Origin: Rhodoferax sp.
GTDB taxonomy: Bacteria > Pseudomonadota > Gammaproteobacteria > Burkholderiales > Burkholderiaceae_C
DNA length: 40,118 nt
Assembly: GCA_026785765.1 (NCBI GenBank)
Contig: JAJAZK010000027.1
Location: 1 to 40,118 of the forward strand
Reading direction: 5' to 3'
A program made the position numbers and the translations under genes. This document shows, piece by piece, positions 1-12,542 of this stretch. The notes under the pieces are model-generated. The model did no database searches, was not told where the DNA came from, and was given only the letters and a program-made list of their open reading frames with translations. The stretch's first letter is position 1. The number at the start of each line of letters is the position of its first letter.

Positions 1-1
1 A

Positions 2-436
2 ACCTCCACCGCGCCGCAGGGCGTCGGCATGCGCGAGCATGCCGCCAGTGACCCCGCAAAAATTCAGGAAATGATGGCCAGGCGGCAGGCGGAACTCAAG
101 GCCAAACTCAACCTCAGCTCGGCCCAGGAAGGCGCGTGGAACAACTTTGTCGCAGCTCACCAGGCGCCAGCGGGAATGACGACAGGCAGGGATCCTGAGC
201 AACGCCGGAAAATGCACGAGGAGATGGAAAAGCTCAGTACACCGGAGCGCATCGACCGGATGAACACGAAGAAGGCGCAGCGCGACGCAGCGATGGGCAA
301 ACGCAGTGACGCGACCAAGCTTTTTTATGCTGCGCTGACCCCGGAGCAGCAAAAGGTATTTGACGCTAATGCGATGCGTCGCGGGCACGGTGGCCGCCAT
401 GGCCCGGGCCATGGCAAGGTGCAGGAGAGCAGCTAG
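2..436 (+). CDS. Spy/CpxP-family (LTXXQ) periplasmic chaperone-like protein, probably 5'-truncated by the window edge
   Basis: LNLSSAQ and LTPEQQ repeat motifs, Met/Arg-rich helical protein with a His/Gly tail. The frame is open from nt 2, so the signal peptide likely lies upstream. Confidence 0.75.
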   Translation, partial: TSTAPQGVGMREHAASDPAKIQEMMARRQAELKAKLNLSSAQEGAWNNFVAAHQAPAGMTTGRDPEQRRKMHEEMEKLSTPERIDRMNTKKAQRDAAMGKRSDATKLFYAALTPEQQKVFDANAMRRGHGGRHGPGHGKVQESS

Positions 437-437
437 G

Positions 438-803
438 TCAGGCCAGCATCTTTTTCAACTCACCAGTGGCCAGCAGTTTTCCAAGGTCATCGGCACCGCC
501 CACGAGGGTGCCTTTGACAAACACCATGGGGAACGTTGGCCAACCGGTCCACAACTTGAGCGCATTGCGTTTTCGCCAGCTGTTGAAGTAACTTCCGTAT
601 TCCAGGTAGTGATACGCAATCGCTGCCTCATCCAGCAACTTGCGTGCGCGCTTGGGCGCCGGATTTTGCGCCATTCCGATCACGACCACCGCGTGCGACG
701 CAACCGCCGCCTGCACCTCACGCACAATGTCCTGCTGATGTGTCGCCACCAATAGGCGGATCGCCGGGTGGATTTTGGCTTCGTCAAGTACCGGTCGCGC
801 CAT
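438..803 (-). CDS. Glutaredoxin-like protein (monothiol-Grx fold, no Cys)
   Basis: WPTFP...VGG motif typical of Grx4/Grx5-like proteins; ATG at 803 preceded by AGGA. Confidence 0.75.
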   Translation of the reverse strand: MARPVLDEAKIHPAIRLLVATHQQDIVREVQAAVASHAVVVIGMAQNPAPKRARKLLDEAAIAYHYLEYGSYFNSWRKRNALKLWTGWPTFPMVFVKGTLVGGADDLGKLLATGELKKMLA

Positions 804-855
804 GGTTGTTATCCTGGAATACACAAGCGCTCATTATGCGGGCGGCAGGCCGCCA

Positions 856-1434
856 TCAGCCAATCGGTCGAATCCCGATCAGCCAGCCGTGCAACCAGAA
901 CGCAAAGGCGGCCCATGCCAGCGCACCCAGTGCGACCGTCAACAGCGTTGCGGGCAACCGGCCCGGTGCATAAATCGTTTGCGCTACGCGGTCACGGCGC
1001 CGGGCTGCCGAAAAGTTGCATACCGCCCACACCAGGAAACTGCCAAACAAGACCAGATGCGCGAGGTTCCCGTTGGACAGCAGATGGGCCAGGGCCCAGA
1101 CCGTGACCGACAGCACCATGGGATGGTGCAGACGTGCCTTGATGCCATTGCCGGGTACGTAGGCAGCCGCTAACAGCACAAAAGACAGCAAGGTCAGCAA
1201 CGACGCCAGGTGGCGCATCGCCAGCGGCGGACTCCAAAGCAATACCGGCTGCGTCCGGGCCAGCCCAAAGCCCCAGACGATCAGCGCAAAACCTGCCAGC
1301 GACCCAACGGAATACAGGGCTTTCCAGGACTGCGCACCCAAGCGCTCAATGGCTAGCGTGCGCCACCCATCGGCAACGATGCGTACCGAATGCAGACCCA
1401 GAAAGACCACCAGCCCCAGCACCAATATTGCCAT
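856..1434 (-). CDS. NnrU-family membrane protein
   Basis: Hydrophobic 192 aa with FLGLHS, HHPM and WALAHLLSNG motifs; GGAG RBS. Confidence 0.85.
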   Translation of the reverse strand: MAILVLGLVVFLGLHSVRIVADGWRTLAIERLGAQSWKALYSVGSLAGFALIVWGFGLARTQPVLLWSPPLAMRHLASLLTLLSFVLLAAAYVPGNGIKARLHHPMVLSVTVWALAHLLSNGNLAHLVLFGSFLVWAVCNFSAARRRDRVAQTIYAPGRLPATLLTVALGALAWAAFAFWLHGWLIGIRPIG

Positions 1435-1466
1435 GTCGACTCCTTTGCAACGCGCCCCATCGTGCG

Positions 1467-3050
1467 CTAGGCGCCCAACACCCTGTTCTTGCCGGAGCGT
1501 TTGGCGGTGTACATTGCCTGGTCGGCGCGTTTGATCGCGCTCCCGGTGTCTTCATCCATGCCAACCTGTGCCACACCGGCACTGAAGGTGATCAGGATTT
1601 TTTCAGAGCCGGCGAGAAAAAAGCTCTTCGTCAACTCGCGCTGCAGGCGCGTCATGGCGTCGATCCCTCGCTCCAGTGGCGTGTCCGGCAACAGGATGAC
1701 AAACTCTTCCCCACCGTAGCGCGCCAATGTGTCTTGCGGACGCATGGAGTCCCGGGCCACCTGCGCCAGGTGTGCCAACGCCTGGTCCCCGGTGGTATGG
1801 CCCAGCGTGTCATTGATTTTTTTGAAGTTGTCGATGTCCAGCAACGCCACACACAAAGCAGCATCCTTGCGCCGCATGGTCGAGATCTCGCGGTTCAAGG
1901 CCTCGTCCAGGCCCTTGCGATTCAATGCGCCAGTAAGCGGGTCATGGCGTGCCTGGGCACTGACGCGATCCAGTTCCATGTGCAATTTGACGATTTCTGC
2001 CTCGGTTGCTTCGGCCCGTTCGCGCAGGCCGCGCAACTCGTCGCGGGCACTCAGCGTATTGGCCGCCATACCCCGGGTGGCAGCCACAACCTCCTTCAGC
2101 ACGGGGGACAACTCCTCGATCGTCTTGGCCTGTTCGATCACGCGGGCACTCTCTTCCATCTTGCCGCCAAAGGCGCTGGTACTGTCGGTGATCAACGACA
2201 AGCGCTCAATAAAGGTGCCCAGCATCAGGCGCATCTCCTCCTGCGCTTCAACCGCCCGGCCCTTGGCTTCGGCCTGCTTTTGCATCACGTCGCGCAGACG
2301 GCGCTCCACATCGTCGAGCCGACGCAGGGTCAGTGGCGGCGTTGCTGCGCTCATCAGTGCCTCGACCTGCCCCTTGAGCCAGCGGTCGTCGACACTGAGC
2401 TCGCTGATGTTTTCCATGATCAGGCGCAACAGATGCAGCAAGGTCGCCTTGATCTCTGCCTGATCCTCTGCAGCAAACGACACCCGATGCCCAAATGTGC
2501 TGAGCATCTGCTTGACGCGCACCAGATCGGCATTCGGCTGTCGCATCACGAGCAGCAATTCCCGCGTCTGCTCGGTAAATCGGGTATCGTCCATGCCGAG
2601 CGCTGGCCGGGCAAATTCAATCAGACGCGCGATCTGCTCGAGGAAGTCTGCAGTAAGCGCTGGTGCCGCCGGACTGAGCACCGCCACGGCGGGGCGCATC
2701 TTCGCGGCGGCCGTCGGCTCGGTCGGGTCAATGGAGCCAAAGCCGGAAGGCTCCGCACCTGTCTTCTGGCCGAAACTGCCATACGCAACCAGGGCCCGGT
2801 AGACACCATCCCAGTGCATCTGGTTGACCGCATATTCGAACAGACTGCGCTGCTTTTGCTGACCCGGTGTGCGCGTCGGCAGGTCGTGCGCGATACGGCG
2901 CAACTGCTCGACCGGGAACGGTGGCTCGACAGGCGTACCGCTGATTTCACTGAAAATGACCTGGTAGTTGGTCGGCGTTGGCGCCAGCCTCCTGAGTGCC
3001 AGTTGCTTGAGTGTGTCCCGCGCGATCTCGGGTACCGTCTTGTCAGCCAT
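1467..3050 (-). CDS. Cytoplasmic GGDEF diguanylate cyclase with coiled-coil N-terminal region
   Basis: HDPLTGALNR, DIDNFKKIND, RPQD (RxxD I-site) five residues before GGEEF; no TM segments. Confidence 0.92.
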   Translation of the reverse strand: MADKTVPEIARDTLKQLALRRLAPTPTNYQVIFSEISGTPVEPPFPVEQLRRIAHDLPTRTPGQQKQRSLFEYAVNQMHWDGVYRALVAYGSFGQKTGAEPSGFGSIDPTEPTAAAKMRPAVAVLSPAAPALTADFLEQIARLIEFARPALGMDDTRFTEQTRELLLVMRQPNADLVRVKQMLSTFGHRVSFAAEDQAEIKATLLHLLRLIMENISELSVDDRWLKGQVEALMSAATPPLTLRRLDDVERRLRDVMQKQAEAKGRAVEAQEEMRLMLGTFIERLSLITDSTSAFGGKMEESARVIEQAKTIEELSPVLKEVVAATRGMAANTLSARDELRGLRERAEATEAEIVKLHMELDRVSAQARHDPLTGALNRKGLDEALNREISTMRRKDAALCVALLDIDNFKKINDTLGHTTGDQALAHLAQVARDSMRPQDTLARYGGEEFVILLPDTPLERGIDAMTRLQRELTKSFFLAGSEKILITFSAGVAQVGMDEDTGSAIKRADQAMYTAKRSGKNRVLGA

Positions 3051-3062
3051 CGTTCCTGTTCC

Positions 3063-4019
3063 TCATTTCCCCAAACGCCAGCCAATAAATTGCTGTAGCA
3101 CGGCAACCGAACGTTGCGGGTCTTCCTGGTGGGGAAGATGACCCAAATCGTCAAAAACCACCAGCCGCGATTGCCGTATATCGCGCGCAAACCGCTCGCC
3201 CGACGGTAAAGGAATCAATTGATCCTTGCCACCCCAAAGGATGAGAGTCGGCAAGTCCAGACTCTTGATGTGGTCCGGGTTCCCGGCCAGCACCCCGTCC
3301 ATGCGAAGGACAAGCGCCTTGCGGTTGCCTGCCCGCAGGGTCATATCGTAATACCGGTCCACCAGTTCAGGCGTAACTTTTGACGGGTCGCCATAGACGT
3401 TGCGAACACTGGCCAAAACAAGGCCACGCGGCAACACGTATTCCATCAGCTTGCGCGCAATCGGTAGTCGGGCCAGTTGAAACCCCAACGGCACGTCCCT
3501 GGGAACAAACGCGTAACCCGCTGCGTCCACCAGCACCAGCCGTTGCACTAGCTGCGGCGCTGCATACGCCGTCTCCCAGGCGATGTGACCCCCCAGTGAA
3601 TTGCCTACCAGGATGCAGCGCTGCACCCCCAGCTGCTGCAACGCAGCGCGCATGAACTGAACGTATCGCGCTATTGAGTAGTCGTGCTCCGCATTCGGAC
3701 CGGTCAGGCCAAAACCGGGCAGGTCCAGACGGATCACGCGCCGTTGACTGGACAACACGGACACCCAGCCGTCCCAGGTGTGCAGGCTGTCGGAGGTTCC
3801 ATGGATCAGCACCTGGGGCTGCGGATCATGGCGTGGGCCTTCATCACGCAGATGGGCCCGCACACCGTCGACATCAATGAATCGCGACGGCGGCTGGGCC
3901 CACCGCGCCGACAACTCCTGAACCGACTTGTCTGGAGCCCACACGGCAACCAGTCCTGCGAGCAGAAAAAACGCGACGCCGGCAAGCAACAGCCAGATGG
4001 ACTTGAGCAACAACGACAT
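3063..4019 (-). CDS. Alpha/beta hydrolase with N-terminal membrane anchor or signal
   Basis: HGT oxyanion motif, DLPGFG, GNSLGG nucleophile elbow, GHLP His. The ATG overlaps the upstream TGA (TGATG). Confidence 0.88.
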   Translation of the reverse strand: MSLLLKSIWLLLAGVAFFLLAGLVAVWAPDKSVQELSARWAQPPSRFIDVDGVRAHLRDEGPRHDPQPQVLIHGTSDSLHTWDGWVSVLSSQRRVIRLDLPGFGLTGPNAEHDYSIARYVQFMRAALQQLGVQRCILVGNSLGGHIAWETAYAAPQLVQRLVLVDAAGYAFVPRDVPLGFQLARLPIARKLMEYVLPRGLVLASVRNVYGDPSKVTPELVDRYYDMTLRAGNRKALVLRMDGVLAGNPDHIKSLDLPTLILWGGKDQLIPLPSGERFARDIRQSRLVVFDDLGHLPHQEDPQRSVAVLQQFIGWRLGK

Positions 4020-4639
4020 CACCACGCGCTGGCGCCATACGCCAATGCCCGGTGTGCCAGGCACAAAAACTCACCTAGCGTCTGTCGTTCTGTTTGCGTC
4101 AAGGCCCCCGGCCGTAACGCCTGGCTGGCACACTGGGCGAAGCGGTATTCACAGCGCTCGAACACTTCTTCGCGTTTGCAGACTTCAACCAGCGACCCAG
4201 AGTCCGGCCACTGCAACTCACAGCTGTCATCCAGGACCACCAGCACATCGAGCTCCAGGCCGTCGAAAAAACCTTTCTGCTTCACCCGCAGGTCTAACAG
4301 CGACTTGAGCAACAAGGCCTGGACATAGGCATGGGTAATGGGCGACCGAAGCTGCCGCCATGTGCCCGCCGCCCAGCACAGCCAGTTGCCATCAAGGCTG
4401 ACCTGAATGCGCCCCCGGGTCGGCTCCCGAAGCAACACCAGCAATCCATGCGCATGCATCAACAAGTGGTCGATTCGCGCAGTTGATTGGCCTGACTGGA
4501 CATGCAGGCCGTTGAGCACGTCGACGGCGTGGCTACGCCGGTAAAAGCGTCGCAGGTAGTACGCCAACTTGTCAGCTTCCAGCCGCGCATCGACATCGCA
4601 GGGGTTACCACGAAACAGATCAAGTTCTTTGAAAATCAT
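4019..4639 (-). CDS. NERD-like nuclease-related domain protein, paralogue 1 (206 aa, degenerate active site)
   Basis: MIFKELD start matches paralogue 2; VLNGL...ARIDHLLMHAHGLLVL...SPI motifs resemble NERD. Confidence 0.7.
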   Translation of the reverse strand: MIFKELDLFRGNPCDVDARLEADKLAYYLRRFYRRSHAVDVLNGLHVQSGQSTARIDHLLMHAHGLLVLLREPTRGRIQVSLDGNWLCWAAGTWRQLRSPITHAYVQALLLKSLLDLRVKQKGFFDGLELDVLVVLDDSCELQWPDSGSLVEVCKREEVFERCEYRFAQCASQALRPGALTQTERQTLGEFLCLAHRALAYGASAW

Positions 4640-4708
4640 GGTTGGCAACAGCATGGATCGGGCGCCATCGCTCCGCAAAAGCGCCGCATTCACCGAACAA
4701 CGACGCTC

Positions 4709-5329
4709 TTATTGTGATGCGGTTTTGCCGATCGGGCGATGCAGTGAGCGCAGAAACTCAGCCAGTCTGCGGCGTTCGGATGCGCTCAGCAAACCGGGGA
4801 CGGTTGCGACCCGGCGACACTGGGCCAACCGCTGTTCGACCCTGTCTTTAACTTGTTCAAAATTACATACCTCTACCAGCGGGCCCATGGTCGGCCACTG
4901 GATGACATTGGTATCGGGCACCGCCACCAGCACATCGAGCTCGACCCGGTCGAAAAAACCTTTCTGGCGAACATTCTTGTCCAAAAACGCCTTCAGCGAC
5001 AGGGCCCGCAAATACGCCCGCGTGATGGGCGAGCGCATCTCGACCATTGCCCCGTCGCGCCAGCGCATCCAATGCCCATCATCCTTGATCTGGACACGCT
5101 CAGCCAGGCTTTCGCGCTCGAGCACCAGAAGACCATAGGGGTGCAACAGCAGATAATCTACATGGGCAACGGCGCTGCCGGAACCAATCCGCAAGTAGTT
5201 CAGTACATCAACGTCGGCGCTCTTGCCAAAGAATCGGCGCAACTGGTACGCCATCCGGTCTTGCGCAATCCGGGCCGTCACCTCATCTTTGGTTCGCCCC
5301 AAAAAAGGGTCAAGCTCCTTCAGAATCAT
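4709..5329 (-). CDS. NERD-like protein, paralogue 2 (206 aa, degenerate active site)
   Basis: MILKELD; MAYQLRRFF; VLNYLR; AHVDYLLLHPYGLLVLE; SPITRAY; KGFFD-ELDVLV shared with neighbours. Confidence 0.75.
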   Translation of the reverse strand: MILKELDPFLGRTKDEVTARIAQDRMAYQLRRFFGKSADVDVLNYLRIGSGSAVAHVDYLLLHPYGLLVLERESLAERVQIKDDGHWMRWRDGAMVEMRSPITRAYLRALSLKAFLDKNVRQKGFFDRVELDVLVAVPDTNVIQWPTMGPLVEVCNFEQVKDRVEQRLAQCRRVATVPGLLSASERRRLAEFLRSLHRPIGKTASQ

Positions 5330-5364
5330 GGAGTGCAAAGCGCCATAAATACAAACGCGCGATA

Positions 5365-6018
5365 TTACCCGGACGCCATTGAGGAAGCGTGACCCGGCAT
5401 TGCCCGCCCCCCGGAAATCGCGGGCAAGTGTTTGGCGCACAGAAACAGCGCCATGCGCCGGCGCTGTTCCGGCACCAGAACGCCGACACCCCTGCCTTTG
5501 CTGCGATATTGCGCAATCGGCCACATTACGCGCCGCGTAACCTGAACCGCATTGCAAACCTCCCGCAAAGGCCCCTTGCGGTTCCACTCAATTACCTCCA
5601 GATCGGGCGCGCTTATCAACACATCGGGCTCGACCTCGTCAAAAAAACCCTTTCGACGAACTTTCTTCTCCTGCAATCCCTTCAACGACAAGGCCTGTTC
5701 GTACGTAGCCAGAACTGGCGAGCGAATCTCACCTGCGTTGAATGGCTCGAGGCAGGTCGAACGCCCACCTTCCTGATCCCGGTAACTGCCAGACAGGCTG
5801 CGGCTGTCAACCACTGCCAGTCCATGCGCATGGATCAAAAGATGGTAGACCCGCGTGACCACACCGGCAGTGCGGCCACACAACTGGTTGATCACGGCGA
5901 CTCTGGTGCTGGTGCCAAAAAAACGACGCAGGTCGGACAGCATCTGGTCGTCACCGCTGAACCTCGCAATCGGGGATTTCGCGTTCCAGTCCACCGCATC
6001 CAGTCCCTTGTAAACCAT
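5365..6018 (-). CDS. NERD-like protein, paralogue 3 (217 aa, most diverged)
   Basis: LRRFFG, HLLIHAHGL, RSPV, QALSLK, KGFFDEVEPDVL and EVCN motifs shared with paralogues 1 and 2. Confidence 0.65.
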   Translation of the reverse strand: MVYKGLDAVDWNAKSPIARFSGDDQMLSDLRRFFGTSTRVAVINQLCGRTAGVVTRVYHLLIHAHGLAVVDSRSLSGSYRDQEGGRSTCLEPFNAGEIRSPVLATYEQALSLKGLQEKKVRRKGFFDEVEPDVLISAPDLEVIEWNRKGPLREVCNAVQVTRRVMWPIAQYRSKGRGVGVLVPEQRRRMALFLCAKHLPAISGGRAMPGHASSMASG

Positions 6019-6020
6019 TT

Positions 6021-7139
6021 TCAACCCGTGGCAGCCCCGGCCGTGCGACGCATGCGCACGGCCTGCGCCAAGCCCGCCAGCACCGGCAACGTCTGCTCCA
6101 GGCTGATGCAGGCATCGGTCACCGAAACGCCCGGCCGCAACGGCGTACCGGCAAGGATATCCTGCCGTCCTTCCTGCAAGTTGCTTTCCACCATGACTCC
6201 GATGATGCCGTGCTGACCGCCCGCCACCTGGGCCGCAACGTCGGCGGCAACCTCGATTTGCCGACGGTGCTGTTTGCTGCTGTTGGCATGCGAAACGTCC
6301 ACCATCACCTGAGCCCGCAAACCTGCTGCCTGCAGCATGGAACGTGCAGCTGCAACATCCGGCGCGCTGTAGTTGGGCACCTTGCCTCCGCGCAGGATCA
6401 TGTGGCAGTCGGCATTGCCGCGGGTCTCGAACACCGCCGCCTGTCCCATTTTGGTCATACCCATGAAGGCATGGGCCGCCTGCGCGGCCAGAATTGCATC
6501 GGTCGCTACCTTGACGCCACCGTCCGTACCATTCTTGAATCCAACCGGGCAGCTCAGGCCGGATGCCAGTTGGCGATGGCTCTGGCTTTCCGTGGTTCGG
6601 GCCCCGATCGCGCCCCAGCTTACAAGATCGGAGATGAATTGCGGACTGAGCAGGTCAAGAAACTCGGTACCCACAGGCAAGCCCAGCGCCAGCACATCAA
6701 GCAACAACTGACGCGCCATCTCCAGACCTTCGTTGATCGCAAAAGTCCCATCCAGATGCGGATCGTTGATATACCCCTTCCAGCCGACCGTGGTGCGGGG
6801 CTTCTCGAAGTACACACGCATTACCAGCAACAAGTCCGGCTCCAGCAGCAGTTGCTGTTGCCGAAGGGCCTGTGCATATTCCAGCGCCTGGTCATGGTCA
6901 TGGATGGAGCAGGGTCCAACCACCACCACCAGGCGGTCATCTTCCCCGCGCAGAATTCTTGAAATTGCAACCCGGCTTCGTTCGACCAGCGCCAGCGTGT
7001 CCGGCGGCACCGGGAGCCACTCCTGCAACAATGCCGGAGTAATCAACGGTCGCACCGCGCCGATGCGGGTGTCGTCGACACGCGTCGTATCTTGTGTGGA
7101 CAAGGGCGGCACGGATGGGGAGTGGGTACGGTTGGTCAT
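6021..7139 (-). CDS. aroG: Class I-alpha DAHP synthase (3-deoxy-7-phosphoheptulonate synthase)
   Basis: GPCSIHD, RVYFEKPRTTVGWKG, IGARTTESQ and GFKNGTDG motifs. Feedback isoform (aroF/G/H) not determinable by eye. Confidence 0.93.
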   Translation of the reverse strand: MTNRTHSPSVPPLSTQDTTRVDDTRIGAVRPLITPALLQEWLPVPPDTLALVERSRVAISRILRGEDDRLVVVVGPCSIHDHDQALEYAQALRQQQLLLEPDLLLVMRVYFEKPRTTVGWKGYINDPHLDGTFAINEGLEMARQLLLDVLALGLPVGTEFLDLLSPQFISDLVSWGAIGARTTESQSHRQLASGLSCPVGFKNGTDGGVKVATDAILAAQAAHAFMGMTKMGQAAVFETRGNADCHMILRGGKVPNYSAPDVAAARSMLQAAGLRAQVMVDVSHANSSKQHRRQIEVAADVAAQVAGGQHGIIGVMVESNLQEGRQDILAGTPLRPGVSVTDACISLEQTLPVLAGLAQAVRMRRTAGAATG

Positions 7140-7212
7140 GCTCAAATTGTCGCCAATTTCCAGTATTCGTCCATAGGGCTGGCACGTTTGCCTGCGCCAT
7201 ACTCAAATTGCA

Positions 7213-8376
7213 ATGAATTCTTCGACGCCGTCAAGCGACCGGGGCCTGGGTGATCCAGCGCCGGATTTAACCCATCTGCTACACGCCAGCCCGTGGCAGG
7301 CGCCAGTCACAGTAGTCTTGGTCGGTGTCAATCTGCTGGTTTTTGCGCTGATGCTGCTGGCCGGAGCAGAGCTCTGGCACACCACCAACCGCATCCAGTT
7401 GGCTTGGGGTGCCAATTTTGGTCCCGCGACCCAGGACGGCCAATGGTGGCGCCTGTCCACGGCCATGTTTTTGCACTTTGGAGCGGTGCATCTGTTGCTG
7501 AACATGTGGGCTCTCTGGGATGTAGGCCGTCTGGTTGAGCGCGTGCTCGGCTGGCCATGGTTCTTGCTGCTCTACCTGGCCAGCGGCACGGTAGGCAACC
7601 TGCTGTCGCTGGTCGTACAGGGCAACCAGGCGGTTTCCGGTGGCGCATCGGGCGCCATATTCAGCCTGTATGGCGCGTTGCTGGTGTTTCTGCTGCGTGA
7701 GCGACACCAGGTGGAAGCCGGTGAGTTCCGTTCGCTGTTTGCCGCTGCCTCCGTGTTTACACTCCTTACACTCGGCATGGGTTTTGTGATCCCCGGGATC
7801 GACAACGCTGCCCACATCGGGGGTCTGATTTGCGGCGCTCTGCTGGCCCTGGTTCTCGCGCGGCGCTGGACTGCCAAAAGCGTTTCCGTCGGGCCGCTGC
7901 GCTGGCTTGCAGCGGCCTTGCTTGCTGCACTGGTGCTGCTCATGCTGGACCGCCTGCCCGCGCCAATCTATCGCCTTAGTGACGAGCGCCGGGCGCAAGC
8001 CGCAATCCGCCAGTTTTTGAACGATGACCAGCGCATATCCGGGCGTTGGGGCAGCTTGCTCAGCTCCAGCCAGACCAGCGGTCTGAGCTTCGAACAACTG
8101 GCCGGCCGGATCGACGCGAACGTGACCACTCAATACCAGGAAAACTTCGACCAACTCTCGGCACTGCATCTTGATCCAGCAGCGCCATCGGCGCGTACGC
8201 TGGAAGAGGTACGCCGGTATGCCGCCCTGCGCGGACAGGCGGCGCAGGCGCTCACCGACGGACTGCGCGCCAAAGACAGGAACAAGGTGCGCGACGCGCT
8301 CGAGGCCGCCAGGCAAGCGCCGGCATTGGCAAAACGTCCGTCCGCCAGCGCCTCATCGGCGCGGCAACAACCCTGA
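7213..8376 (+). CDS. Rhomboid intramembrane serine protease with C-terminal soluble extension
   Basis: WWRL, HFGAVHLLLN, GASG catalytic Ser and AHIGG catalytic His. Confidence 0.88.
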   Translation: MNSSTPSSDRGLGDPAPDLTHLLHASPWQAPVTVVLVGVNLLVFALMLLAGAELWHTTNRIQLAWGANFGPATQDGQWWRLSTAMFLHFGAVHLLLNMWALWDVGRLVERVLGWPWFLLLYLASGTVGNLLSLVVQGNQAVSGGASGAIFSLYGALLVFLLRERHQVEAGEFRSLFAAASVFTLLTLGMGFVIPGIDNAAHIGGLICGALLALVLARRWTAKSVSVGPLRWLAAALLAALVLLMLDRLPAPIYRLSDERRAQAAIRQFLNDDQRISGRWGSLLSSSQTSGLSFEQLAGRIDANVTTQYQENFDQLSALHLDPAAPSARTLEEVRRYAALRGQAAQALTDGLRAKDRNKVRDALEAARQAPALAKRPSASASSARQQP

Positions 8377-8475
8377 CCACAAGTCGCCGTTTTCCACCAG
8401 ACCCCGCAATAGCTGTGCGGGATGGGGCCGAAAGGGAAAAAACACTCAGAACATCCAGCGTGGTGAAGGCAAACA

Positions 8476-12278
<3,803 letters not shown>

Positions 12279-12542
12279 GTCAACCTCTTGTCTGATTTCT
12301 CTAATTTAGATTAGTAGTAGTAGATAAGGAAAGCGAGCGGCTGTGGATATCCGCATTTTCTCTTTTTTTTTCAATGACTTGGCGGGTTTTGACGGGTGTG
12401 GGTATCTGCGTATCAAAAGTGTCGCCATCGGCGCATAACTTAGCCTAAGCCGCCGTCCCTGTGGACAAGTGCTTAGTTGTTCGTCAATTGTCCCCAGGGT
12501 TGGCGCAAACAGCTCAAAAGTGCTCCCCTAACGGCCCTGCCT
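12279..12542. other. Probable chromosomal origin (oriC) unwinding region
   Basis: AT-rich TAGTAGTAGTAG (12312-12323); DnaA-box-like TGTGGATAT (12342), TGTGGGTAT (12397), TGTGGACAA (12460), TTGTCCCCA (12488); IHF-like TTTCAATGACTTG (12369-12381). Confidence 0.75.

Noticed and set aside
1428-3098. 556-aa plus-strand ORF, and similar long antisense ORFs at 15214-16503, 21686-23089, 30174-31448 and 35469-36851
   Set aside because: Shadow frames opposite recognisable genes in GC-rich DNA; no motifs of their own.
5330-5587. 86-aa N-terminal extension of NERD paralogue 2 in the ORF track
   Set aside because: Overlaps paralogue 3; homology with paralogue 1 places the start at MILKELD (5329).
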